Below are positions 24,142-32,357 of a stretch of 42,568 bases of DNA, in pieces (positions within the stretch are counted from its first letter, which is position 1; each line of letters opens with the position of its first letter). The stretch lies in assembly GCA_036172155.1 (NCBI GenBank), contig JAVHSM010000033.1, positions 1 through 42,568 of the forward strand, given 5' to 3'. The stretch is from Candidatus Magasanikiibacteriota bacterium (GTDB lineage Bacteria > Patescibacteriota > Patescibacteriia > Magasanikbacterales > GWA2-37-8). The notes beneath the pieces are model-generated. The model made no database searches. It had not been told where the DNA came from and saw only the letters and a program-made list of their open reading frames with translations. The position numbers were made by a program, and so were the translations under genes.

Positions 24142-25341
24142 CTACAATAATTTACCTTGTTTAATACTTTTATCCTTCGGATCAATCACTTTACCGAACA
24201 CAACTCCTTGCCCCAATTCTACCACAAATTCACTCCCCATGTCCAACTGCTTAGAATCCCGAATCAAAGCCCCATTCAAACCACGCACCAAGCTGAACCC
24301 CCGCTTCAAAACCTGTTTGGGATCAACATTTTTAAATAATCTTTGCGCGCTTTGCACAAACGCCATCCGTTTATCCAATTCATTTTTTAAAACCTGAGGC
24401 AAACGACCAAAATTATCCAGCAAAACACGACATTTTTGCAATGGTGTTTCTAACACTGAACTAATTGTATAAAAACTTTGTTCAACCAAACGACGCTGGC
24501 GTAAAATTTTATTTTGCATTGAACCAAAAATGTGTTCAAGAGAAAAATCCAATTCGGAAATAAAATCTTTTTTATCCGGTACGACAATTTCCGCCGCATT
24601 GGACGGTGTCGATGCCCGGACATCAGCTACAAAACCACACAACGATTCATCGCGTTCGTGCCCCACTCCACACACTACCGGAATTTTACTACCATATACC
24701 GCTCGCACTGTTAATTCATTATTAAACGCCGCTAAATCTTCAAGCGATCCGCCACCGCGAATCAAAACTAGCACATCACATTGAGTGTCGTGTGTATTAA
24801 AATAATTAAACGCTTGCGTAATTTCAACTACCGCCTGCTCTCCTTGTACGGATACATTTAATAAATTTATTTCCACACCACTCCAACGATTATTCAAAAT
24901 TCTCACAAAATCACCAAAAGCAGCGCTATCTCGCGAAGCGATTACCCCAATTTTAGCCGGCAATTCCGGTAGCTTTCTTTTCCGCTCTATTGCAAACACC
25001 CCTTCTTCTTCCAGCTTTTTTTTCAAAAGTAAATACGCTTTTTTCAGACTCCCCTCACCCACCAATTCCACTTTTTGCACCGTCACACTAAACCGTCCGC
25101 TTTTGTCATGCACTTTGGGATAACCCAGCACTCTTATTTTCATTCCATCTTCGAGCGGTTGTGTTAAATTAAAAACAGTGGCAAAACAATTTACCACTGA
25201 TTTGTCATCTTTGAGATCAAAAAAAATCCATTTGCCTTGAGAAATTTTATATTGCGAAACTTCTCCTTCAATGATAAATTCACCGGCAATAATTCCATTG
25301 ACCTGTTCAATAAATTCAGATACAGACAATATCGGCAACAT
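24142..25341 (-). CDS. xseA: exodeoxyribonuclease VII large subunit
   Basis: 399 aa with an N-terminal OB fold. IRGGGSLEDLAAFNNE and VGHERDESL motifs are present. Confidence 0.93.
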   Translation of the reverse strand: MLPILSVSEFIEQVNGIIAGEFIIEGEVSQYKISQGKWIFFDLKDDKSVVNCFATVFNLTQPLEDGMKIRVLGYPKVHDKSGRFSVTVQKVELVGEGSLKKAYLLLKKKLEEEGVFAIERKRKLPELPAKIGVIASRDSAAFGDFVRILNNRWSGVEINLLNVSVQGEQAVVEITQAFNYFNTHDTQCDVLVLIRGGGSLEDLAAFNNELTVRAVYGSKIPVVCGVGHERDESLCGFVADVRASTPSNAAEIVVPDKKDFISELDFSLEHIFGSMQNKILRQRRLVEQSFYTISSVLETPLQKCRVLLDNFGRLPQVLKNELDKRMAFVQSAQRLFKNVDPKQVLKRGFSLVRGLNGALIRDSKQLDMGSEFVVELGQGVVFGKVIDPKDKSIKQGKLL

Positions 25342-25342
25342 A

Positions 25343-25945
25343 CTAACCGATTAAAAATCTCACCAAAAAATCTATAATCGGACTCAAAAGATCAAACAAA
25401 AAGAAGACAAAAAATAATAAAATCATAAAACCATAACGGTCCAAAAACGCACGCACATTGTAAGCTGAGTGTGGCAATAGCGCATACAAAATTTTCGAAC
25501 CATCCAATGGCGGAATTGGTAGCAAATTGAACACCATCAGCACCACATTGGCCATCACGATAATACTAAAAAACTCCGCAAACACAGTAGTGGAAAATAG
25601 ACGAGTCAAAATAGCAAAACAAAGCGCCAATAAAAAATTGGCCATCGGTCCGGCGATACCTACTAATGCCGGCCCCCATTTTTGATTTTTCAAATTATAA
25701 GGATTGTATGGCACCGGCTTGGCATAAGCAAATAAAAATCGTCCGCCAGTCAACAAAAATAGACCCAGCGGCATCAAGATAGTACCCCACATATCAACGT
25801 GGGCGCGCGGGTCGACAGTCAGACGTCCGGCGTATTTGGCTGTGGGATCACCTAGCTGGTAGGCCATCCAACCGTGCGCATATTCATGAATAATCGCCGA
25901 TGGAATAACCACTATAAAGTAAAATAATAGAGAAACAAAACTCAT
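25343..25945 (-). CDS. site-2 protease family (M50) zinc metalloprotease
   Basis: 200 aa and polytopic. HEYAHG (HExxH) lies in the first TM region and NLLPIPPLDG is downstream. Confidence 0.85.
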   Translation of the reverse strand: MSFVSLLFYFIVVIPSAIIHEYAHGWMAYQLGDPTAKYAGRLTVDPRAHVDMWGTILMPLGLFLLTGGRFLFAYAKPVPYNPYNLKNQKWGPALVGIAGPMANFLLALCFAILTRLFSTTVFAEFFSIIVMANVVLMVFNLLPIPPLDGSKILYALLPHSAYNVRAFLDRYGFMILLFFVFFLFDLLSPIIDFLVRFLIG

Positions 25946-25979
25946 ATACAGGTTAAAAAGTTCTTAAATCAGCTTTCTA

Positions 25980-26008
25980 TTGACAAAAAGCTATTTATTG
26001 ACTATAAT
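25980..26008 (+). promoter_or_regulatory. consensus sigma70 promoter of rpmB
   Basis: TTGACA (25980-25985), an exactly 17-nt spacer, then TATAAT (26003-26008), 44 nt upstream of the rpmB ATG. Confidence 0.75.
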
Positions 26009-26051
26009 TTCATCATCAATTATATCCCATTACCTTTAAATAATCAATCTT

Positions 26052-26225
26052 ATGAGTAAATCTTGTACAGTTTGCGGTAAAACCAGCGCCCGTGCCAACC
26101 ATGTCAGTCACAGTAAGCGCCGCGTACCACGCCGCCAACACCCAAATCTTCAGCCTTTGTTGATAGGTACCAAGAAAGTAAAAGCCTGCTCTTCTTGCCG
26201 ACGCACGACTTCCAAAAAAGCATAA
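26052..26225 (+). CDS. rpmB: 50S ribosomal protein L28
   Basis: Absent from the ORF track (57 aa). The translation is MSKSCTVCGKTSARANHVSHSKRRVPRRQHPNLQPLLIGTKKVKACSSCRRTTSKKA. The C.VCGK...N.VSHS..R..R...PNLQ pattern is typical of L28. Confidence 0.85.
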   Translation: MSKSCTVCGKTSARANHVSHSKRRVPRRQHPNLQPLLIGTKKVKACSSCRRTTSKKA

Positions 26226-26233
26226 GCAAACCA

Positions 26234-26265
26234 AATTCCTTCCATATTATTGGGAGGATTTTTTA
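26234..26265 (+). terminator. intrinsic terminator after rpmB
   Basis: AATTCCTTCC ... GGGAGGATT forms an imperfect stem followed by TTTTTT. Confidence 0.5.
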
Positions 26266-26294
26266 TTGCCTATTTATTTTAAATAAGCTATAAT
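26266..26294 (+). promoter_or_regulatory. sigma70-type promoter of the thioredoxin-fold gene
   Basis: TTGCCT (26266-26271), a 17-nt spacer, then TATAAT (26289-26294). Confidence 0.6.
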
Positions 26295-26306
26295 TAAAAG
26301 TACATT

Positions 26307-26395
26307 GTCATTCCGAGCGACTGAAAGGAGTCGAGGAATCCCCTAACTGTCATTACCGTGCAAGCTTGTCCTCGACCTGATCGGGGACGGGAATC
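26307..26395. repeat. two tandem palindromic repeat copies that make up most of a 5' leader
   Basis: GTCATTCCGAGCGACTGAAAGGAGTCGAGGAATC (26307-26340) and GTCATTACCGTGCAAGCTTGTCCTCGACCTGATCGGGGACGGGAATC (26349-26395). Confidence 0.8.
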
Positions 26396-26409
26396 TAAAA
26401 AATATACAT

Positions 26410-26769
26410 ATGAAAAAAGCACTTCCTTATATTATAACCATTGCCGTTGTCGCTTTCGCAATTTGGGTCGTATTTATACCAAGCAAAGCTTCTGGAATAC
26501 CAAAAGAAGCTGTGCTGTTTGTCGGCGAAGGCTGCCCACATTGTAAAATCGTAGAAGATTTTATTGCCGCCAATGGCGTGGATAAAAAAGTTCAATTTAC
26601 CATCCAAGAAATTTGGCACAATCAAGACAACGCGATTACTTTTGCCAAGGTTTGGAAACAATGCGGTTTAAGTACCGTAGAAGGTATGGGTGTACCACTC
26701 TATTGGGATGGCGCCAGTTGTTATAGCGGACAAGACGAAATCATGAATTACTTCAAAACCAAATTATAA
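26410..26769 (+). CDS. membrane-anchored thioredoxin/glutaredoxin-fold protein (CPHC active site)
   Basis: 119 aa with an N-terminal TM segment (YIITIAVVAFAIWVVFI). VLFVGEGCPHCKIVEDFI is a CxxC redox motif in a thioredoxin-fold context. Confidence 0.75.
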   Translation: MKKALPYIITIAVVAFAIWVVFIPSKASGIPKEAVLFVGEGCPHCKIVEDFIAANGVDKKVQFTIQEIWHNQDNAITFAKVWKQCGLSTVEGMGVPLYWDGASCYSGQDEIMNYFKTKL

Positions 26770-26785
26770 AAAATAAAAGTTAATT

Positions 26786-26894
26786 AAAAAACACATAGGT
26801 CATAATTACTTTTGAGCGGGCTATGAGCCGAGGCTCATCCTTTTGCCCTCGCGGGCAAAAAAAGCGAAAAAGTTGTTATGACCTACGTGTTTTT
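26786..26894. repeat. multi-hairpin repeat element, copy 2, at a convergent gene junction
   Basis: The outer stem is AAAAACACATAGGTCATAA/TTATGACCTACGTGTTTTT. The core (26814-26873) is AATTACTTTTGAGCGGGCTATGAGCCGAGGCTCATCCTTTTGCCCTCGCGGGCAAAAAAAGCGAAAAAGT. Confidence 0.8.
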
Positions 26895-26917
26895 GTTTTT
26901 TAGATTAAGCGTTAAAT

Positions 26918-27523
26918 TTATTCCAACAAACCATCAATATTCACATCGTACAAAATCTGTTCCTGTACCAAGCGATAATTCCAAATTTCATCTTCTTTAA
27001 ACCAAATTTTCATTTCTCTCAAAGCTTCTTCCGGTTTGTCTGAGCAGTGGATTAAATTGCGCACTGCGCGACCATCCAAATTGGACAAAGCATACGAATC
27101 AAGAGTCAAATCACCGCGTAATGTGCCAACATCCGAAGTCAAAGGTTCAGTACCACCAACAATTTTTTTCACAATACCAACCGCTTGATTTCCTTCCCAC
27201 ACCATCGCTACCACTGGACAACATGTCATATATTTTACCAAAGCACGCACAATATCTTTGCCATACTCAATCGCTTCTTTTTCTATTGCCATACCAGCGG
27301 CTTCACGATTCTTTACCACGATACCACCTTTATCTGTATACCATTTATCATCTTTACTATAATGTGTCCAAAGCATGTCTTCGGTTGGAATAGTCATCTT
27401 CAAAGCGACCAATTTCAAACCGGCTCGTTCAAAACGTTTGATAATATCACCAATCAATGATCTTTGAATACCGTCCGGTTTAATGGCGACAAAAGATTTT
27501 TCTTTAAAAACTTGAATTCCCAT
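26918..27523 (-). CDS. ndk: nucleoside diphosphate kinase-like protein (long form)
   Basis: FVAIKPDGIQRSLIGDIIKRFERAGLKLVALKM, PVVAMVWEG and NLIHCSD align with Ndk motifs. At 201 aa it is longer than the usual ~140-150 aa. Confidence 0.8.
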   Translation of the reverse strand: MGIQVFKEKSFVAIKPDGIQRSLIGDIIKRFERAGLKLVALKMTIPTEDMLWTHYSKDDKWYTDKGGIVVKNREAAGMAIEKEAIEYGKDIVRALVKYMTCCPVVAMVWEGNQAVGIVKKIVGGTEPLTSDVGTLRGDLTLDSYALSNLDGRAVRNLIHCSDKPEEALREMKIWFKEDEIWNYRLVQEQILYDVNIDGLLE

Positions 27524-27583
27524 ATAATTTAATTAAAAATAAATTTGGCTTAATTCTAATGAATTTTGGCAAAAATGTCAATA

Positions 27584-27940
27584 TCAAATAAATACCGCAA
27601 AACGAAAAGATACCTTTTTATTTATTTTGTCATAAACTACCAATAGACCCACCAAAACCAAGCCTGTTTCCGATAGATTGCGTTTGTAGCAATATTTCCG
27701 AATAGTTTTTTCCAATTTGTGCTTTTTGGCAGGTGTGATAGCCAAATCCGTCGCCAACTCCCCTGCCATGCGTGTTTTGACTTCTACAAAATAAAAATCT
27801 TCTCCTTTTTGCGCGATAATATCAATTTCACCGACAGTAGAATAAAAATTTTGTTCTTTAATAAAAAACCCGTGCCGCTGTAAAAAGGCACAGGCTTGAT
27901 TTTCGCCCCACTGTCCAAAAGTTTTTCCCCTCCCCTGCAT
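27584..27940 (-). CDS. yraN: YraN family (UPF0102) endonuclease-like protein
   Basis: GENQACAFLQRHGFFIKEQNFYSTVGEIDIIAQKGEDFYFVEVKTR matches the YraN signature (GE.A...L...G......N.....GEIDII......FVEVK.R). Confidence 0.8.
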   Translation of the reverse strand: MQGRGKTFGQWGENQACAFLQRHGFFIKEQNFYSTVGEIDIIAQKGEDFYFVEVKTRMAGELATDLAITPAKKHKLEKTIRKYCYKRNLSETGLVLVGLLVVYDKINKKVSFRFAVFI

Positions 27941-27942
27941 AT

Positions 27943-28356
27943 TTATTTTTTACTTTTTGGCAGATATTTTTCCATTTCTATTCTTTTGGCTTGATCATTT
28001 TTTATTATTGGCAACCGTTTGCGCGCATAAAAAAATATTTTGAGCGTCCACCATACAAATAACACTATCCACAAGACCAACCAAAAACGCCAAGCCAAAA
28101 ATGCGACTTGCTGTTGGCGGAAAAACATCCATAACAACCCAAACAAACCGGTGATAATCAATAAATTACCGGCACGACGCAATATTTCTTTGCGACTATC
28201 GTTTTTATTTTGATTGTAAGCGCGCAAAATTTTAGCAACCAAACCGGCTAAAACCAAGACCAAAAAACCAACAATCCAAAACCACTTTACTCCCCCGACA
28301 GCAATAAACGGCTGATAAAACCAATACGATATCCTCCAAACATTTTGAATTTGCAT
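27943..28356 (-). CDS. hypothetical membrane protein
   Basis: 137 aa with an ATG start and three or four hydrophobic helices. It is tightly packed between neighbouring genes. Confidence 0.55.
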   Translation of the reverse strand: MQIQNVWRISYWFYQPFIAVGGVKWFWIVGFLVLVLAGLVAKILRAYNQNKNDSRKEILRRAGNLLIITGLFGLLWMFFRQQQVAFLAWRFWLVLWIVLFVWWTLKIFFYARKRLPIIKNDQAKRIEMEKYLPKSKK

Positions 28357-28359
28357 AAA

Positions 28360-28908
28360 TTAAATTTTCTTAAATATCAAACAATAATGATAATCACTAA
28401 CCGATATATTTTCCATTAGGCTCAATCCGCATTGCGTGGCTATTTCCGTAAATTTCTTTGGATCAACCATACTTTCTACCGATGGCCCCAAGGTACCGAG
28501 TTTTTTTGTCCAATCTACTACTATTACTTTGCCACCATCTTTAAGCAAGCGTACCGCCTCATTCAATGCTCCAGCTTTATTTTTTAATCCGGACATCACA
28601 TTCATATAAAAACACATGTCCAAACTTTTTTCCGGAATCGGCGTTTTGTTCACCATCTCAATATCCGACCAGACGGTCTGAATATTATCCATAGATTGCG
28701 AACAAACCCAGCCGTTGATATTTTCCAAAACATCTTTGAGGATATCGACAGCATATACCAAACCGGTTTTATCCACAATGCGCGCGGCGGGAAAAACAAA
28801 ATGCCCAGTGCGACCACAACCCATGTCGGCCACTCTCATGCCTTTGGTTAATCCAATTTTAGTAAAAATACTAAATGGGTCGATCAATGCCCGTCCCGCA
28901 TGTAACAT
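28360..28908 (-). CDS. class I SAM-dependent methyltransferase
   Basis: VADMGCGRTGHF (motif I) and GGKVIVVDW (post-II region) are present. The track start at 28932 is TTG. The ATG at 28908 follows the upstream stop. Confidence 0.7.
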   Translation of the reverse strand: MLHAGRALIDPFSIFTKIGLTKGMRVADMGCGRTGHFVFPAARIVDKTGLVYAVDILKDVLENINGWVCSQSMDNIQTVWSDIEMVNKTPIPEKSLDMCFYMNVMSGLKNKAGALNEAVRLLKDGGKVIVVDWTKKLGTLGPSVESMVDPKKFTEIATQCGLSLMENISVSDYHYCLIFKKI

Positions 28909-28909
28909 A

Positions 28910-29152
28910 TTATCTAATAAAAATTTTACCAACCGTGCCCATTAAAAATCCCTGAAACAAATTGGTAATCAACAAAAAACCAATAAAAATCGCCAATATA
29001 CCAAGTAATTTGTACATCAAACGACTACCGCCACTAGTACCCAAATTTTGTTCTGCCCAAGCGATGGTACCAAAGTTTTGCAAAAACCACTCGGTTTTCA
29101 AAACTAGCAACACACCAATCAATACACAAACTGCTCCGACAAAATAATTCAT
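28910..29152 (-). CDS. small membrane protein
   Basis: 80 aa with an ATG start and two clear hydrophobic helices. It is positioned in an operon. Confidence 0.5.
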   Translation of the reverse strand: MNYFVGAVCVLIGVLLVLKTEWFLQNFGTIAWAEQNLGTSGGSRLMYKLLGILAIFIGFLLITNLFQGFLMGTVGKIFIR

Positions 29153-29176
29153 AACAATTATTTATTTTCCAATTTG

Positions 29177-29259
29177 TGCCCAGGAGAAGAGTTGAACTTC
29201 CATGGCCTTGCGGCCGCTACCACCTCAAGGTAGTGCGTCTACCATTTCGCCACCTGGGC
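29177..29259 (-). tRNA. tRNA-Leu(GAG), type II
   Basis: The reverse complement is GCCCAGGTGGCGAAATGGTAGACGCACTACCTTGAGGTGGTAGCGGCCGCAAGGCCATGGAAGTTCAACTCTTCTCCTGGGCA. The anticodon stem is CTACC/GGTAG with loop TTGAGGT. The long variable arm is GCGGCCGCAAGGCC. Confidence 0.9.
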
Positions 29260-29269
29260 TAATTATAAA

Positions 29270-30034
29270 TTAAAACTTCCTATTCCTCCCCACAATCATA
29301 TCTATTTTCCCATGAGCCAGTTTTATTTTGACTTTTATTTCTTTGGATACTTTGCCATCGGCCTCCACAGTAAAGGGCGTATTAGACATTATCTCCATTT
29401 CCTCAAAAGGAAAGATGCTAGGGTCTTCATATTTATATCCCCACCACCCCTGTTTTGTCAATGGCCGAATAAATGCTTCCAACTTGCCATCTTGCGGATG
29501 TACCATTTGATTGGACGGATCTTTTTTGTCTTTTTTCCAGTAAAAAGGCTGAAGATTACATACCACCACTTCCATTTTTTCTTTGGTCGTTACGGAAAAT
29601 CTTTCATCATAAATTACTTTTAATTGTGCCGGTTGTACATGTAATTGTGAAACGAAATAACGGTTGTTCATCCAACCAACATCCATACTTTCTTTTCGTC
29701 TTTTGGACAGCACATCACACGCGGATAAACCTTCGGGGATACCAAGCACCTGCGCGATGGTATTATCCGGACCAATAGGCAAAAAACCAAACACACAATT
29801 ACAGGTAGCGGCGCGCGACAAAACATTTCCAAAGGTGGCGTCATTGCCAACGATCACGACTGTTTTGGCTCCGCGTCGAATTTCATCGTCAATTATTTGT
29901 TTGGGATCAATAAAATTATTCAAACGCAAAATCTTTCCGGCAATACCATAATCAGTCAGGCACACCTCCATGGCTTTGACTACCGAGTCATGCTTTTTTT
30001 GACGCAAAAAATTGTCATAGAGATAAACATACAT
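29270..30034 (-). CDS. diacylglycerol/lipid kinase catalytic-domain protein (YegS/LCB5-like)
   Basis: 254 aa. VVIVGNDATFGNVL sits at the position of the GGDGT motif, and the overall layout is that of a DAGK catalytic domain plus an accessory beta-domain. Confidence 0.55.
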   Translation of the reverse strand: MYVYLYDNFLRQKKHDSVVKAMEVCLTDYGIAGKILRLNNFIDPKQIIDDEIRRGAKTVVIVGNDATFGNVLSRAATCNCVFGFLPIGPDNTIAQVLGIPEGLSACDVLSKRRKESMDVGWMNNRYFVSQLHVQPAQLKVIYDERFSVTTKEKMEVVVCNLQPFYWKKDKKDPSNQMVHPQDGKLEAFIRPLTKQGWWGYKYEDPSIFPFEEMEIMSNTPFTVEADGKVSKEIKVKIKLAHGKIDMIVGRNRKF

Positions 30035-30067
30035 ACCGTTGCGCTGTAATTAAAAATCCAATACAAT

Positions 30068-30541
30068 CTATTGAGCCATTTCTGTTTGTTCTTCGCCGCG
30101 ACGAGTCACGCGTGGTCTAGATGTTTTGGCCTCGGCGCCTTCGATGCCTGGCATTGAAACTTTTCCAAACAACAATGCGCCCGGTTCTACCGACAAAACT
30201 CTACATTCGATATCTCCCAAAATTTTGGCGGTCGAAGTAAGCTCGATGGTTTCTCTAATTTTCAAATTACCTTTCACTTCACCGGAAATTTTGGCGGTAC
30301 CGGCACGAACATTGGCCATAATTTTGGCGCCAATTTCTATCGATAAAAATCGACTGGTATGGACACTACCCGAAACAGTACCTTTGACGATTATATTACC
30401 TTCGGAGGCAAAATCACCCTCTACATTTACCGACGGTCCTACCACGGTCTCCACTTCATCCACTCTGTCGCCAGCTACCGGATCGGCTTGCACAACCTCT
30501 TCTTCGACTACATTTTTTGGAGTGGATTTGTTGAAAATCAT
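30068..30541 (-). CDS. bactofilin (polymer-forming cytoskeletal protein)
   Basis: 157 aa with beta-helical repeats (VEGDFASEGNIIVKGTVSGSV, IGAKIMANVRAGTAKISGEVKGNL, AKILGDIECRVLSVEPGALLFGKV). Confidence 0.8.
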   Translation of the reverse strand: MIFNKSTPKNVVEEEVVQADPVAGDRVDEVETVVGPSVNVEGDFASEGNIIVKGTVSGSVHTSRFLSIEIGAKIMANVRAGTAKISGEVKGNLKIRETIELTSTAKILGDIECRVLSVEPGALLFGKVSMPGIEGAEAKTSRPRVTRRGEEQTEMAQ

Positions 30542-30625
30542 AATAATAAATTAAATAATTAGTGTTACTATTTTACAAGAAATGAGTAAAAAATACAAGT
30601 TGGTAATTTATGTGAATTTATTTGA

Positions 30626-32242
30626 CTAAACTTTTCCCGATACACTAGCCGGCGGTTTTAACGGCAACCAAAAGCCAAATTCACTACCTTTTCCAAGACC
30701 AGAACTATGCGCCCAAACTTTACCACCGTGTGCTTCGATAAATTTACGACACACATACAACCCCAGACCAGTACCGGTAACATTGGTATTTTTGATGTTG
30801 TCACCACGATAAAATTTCTGGAAAAAATTGGCTTCATCTACTTTACCGAAACCGAAGCCGTGGTCGTTGACAGTCAATTTAATACCACCGTCACTTGCTT
30901 TTAAATTAATTTTAACACTGCCGTCATCAGAATATTTAATAGCATTGTCTACAAAATTAAATACCACATGTCTAATTTTTTCTTCATCACCGATCATATT
31001 TAAAGCTGGTGTTTTTTTCCAATCACATTTGAGGCCTTTGTCTTGCGCGCGTTTACACAATTCAAACATTACCCCATCAACCATGTGAGCAACGTCGAAC
31101 TCAGCAAAATTATATTTGGTGCGACCTTGTTCAATGCGCGAGATATCTAAAAATTCATCTACTAATTTAATTAGATGTTCATTACTGTCATCCATATTTC
31201 CCAATATTTTGGCAGTGTTTTTGGTGATTTTTCCATAACCACCGTCTTTAATAAGTTCAATATATCCTTTCAAAATTGAAAGCGGAGTACGTAGTTGGTG
31301 AGAAGCAATGGAGAGAAATTCGGTTTTTTGTTTGTCTAGTTCTTGTAATTTTAAATTCGCGATTTCCAAAGAATCGGCCATTTTAGTTATTTCTTCTCTT
31401 CTGTTTATTTCAGTACGTACTGATTTTATCAGCACCACCCCTAACGCGGCGAAAATAACCGCAAAAACTACACGTATTAAAACATCCCACAAACTCTCTG
31501 AAAAGAAAATTTCCATTACGGCAAAAAATTCAGCCAAACCAACCATAACTTCGGTCACCACCGCTTTTTTGCCAAGTAAATGATGCCGACTCACCGCATA
31601 AAACAACATAATTGGAAAAACCAAACCGGAAACATAAGCAAATGGAAATTTGGTATCAATATGATAAGCAAACAAATAAGCTGAACCACCAATAAAAATC
31701 ACAATGGCAAAAGCGATAAAAACATAAATAGTTTGTAATCTGGTAATTCGATCCTTAGTCTTTAAAAAGAATTTAAATACATTGGCAAAAAATAACCCTG
31801 TACCCAAAAAGAAATAACCCAAAAATATCGTGTGTAAAATTCTCGCCTGAGAGTGTACCCCCCAAGAATAATAATAAATACCATCCACAAAATAATGTGA
31901 CTGGCTCAGAAAGAAAAAAGCAAAAGCTAAAATGTAGTTAATTTTTAGAAGAACTTTTTGTTTTTCATTTTGTTGAGTAAAAATCAAACTAAAATGATGC
32001 ATCAAGGGTGGCATAAAAGCTACCCCCATATAGACAAATCTATCCCAAAAAAGAGCGGCTTGTATATTACTGCGCGACACAAACATCATAAAGGTACCAA
32101 ACATCCAAAACAACATACTCACATTAAAACCAAACAAAAGTTGATTCATGCGCAAACGATAATTTTGAAACAAAACGAACAATCCAAAAAACAAACCGAA
32201 CAAACTACAAGTTAAAGGTAAAATAGTATATATATCAAACAT
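30626..32242 (-). CDS. sensor histidine kinase with an N-terminal multi-TM sensor region
   Basis: 538 aa with about 7-8 TM helices. H-box is SIASHQLRTPLS, N-box is VVFNFVDNAIKYS, G1 is DHGFGF and G2 is GTGLGLYVCRKFIEAHGG. Confidence 0.9.
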   Translation of the reverse strand: MFDIYTILPLTCSLFGLFFGLFVLFQNYRLRMNQLLFGFNVSMLFWMFGTFMMFVSRSNIQAALFWDRFVYMGVAFMPPLMHHFSLIFTQQNEKQKVLLKINYILAFAFFFLSQSHYFVDGIYYYSWGVHSQARILHTIFLGYFFLGTGLFFANVFKFFLKTKDRITRLQTIYVFIAFAIVIFIGGSAYLFAYHIDTKFPFAYVSGLVFPIMLFYAVSRHHLLGKKAVVTEVMVGLAEFFAVMEIFFSESLWDVLIRVVFAVIFAALGVVLIKSVRTEINRREEITKMADSLEIANLKLQELDKQKTEFLSIASHQLRTPLSILKGYIELIKDGGYGKITKNTAKILGNMDDSNEHLIKLVDEFLDISRIEQGRTKYNFAEFDVAHMVDGVMFELCKRAQDKGLKCDWKKTPALNMIGDEEKIRHVVFNFVDNAIKYSDDGSVKINLKASDGGIKLTVNDHGFGFGKVDEANFFQKFYRGDNIKNTNVTGTGLGLYVCRKFIEAHGGKVWAHSSGLGKGSEFGFWLPLKPPASVSGKV

Positions 32243-32295
32243 AAAAAATTTTATTATTAAATATATTATACCACAAAATAATCAGTATAAAAAGC

Positions 32296-32330
32296 AAACA
32301 CCCCGGATCTTACGACCCGAGGTGTGCCTT
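32296..32330 (-). terminator. intrinsic terminator after the GC-rich oxidoreductase gene
   Basis: ACACC...GGTGT outer pairs plus CGG/CCG inner pairs. On the minus strand the hairpin is followed by GTTTGCTTTTT. Confidence 0.5.
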
Positions 32331-32357
32331 TTTGGCATGTTTGAACTCCTTATCGTC

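Noticed and set aside
24017-24397. 126-aa plus-strand ORF.
   Set aside because: It starts inside the palindromic repeat pair, giving typical repeat-derived peptide, and then runs antisense to xseA.
26016-26234. 72-aa minus-strand ORF.
   Set aside because: It is exactly antisense to a clear L28 (rpmB) gene that has a consensus promoter.
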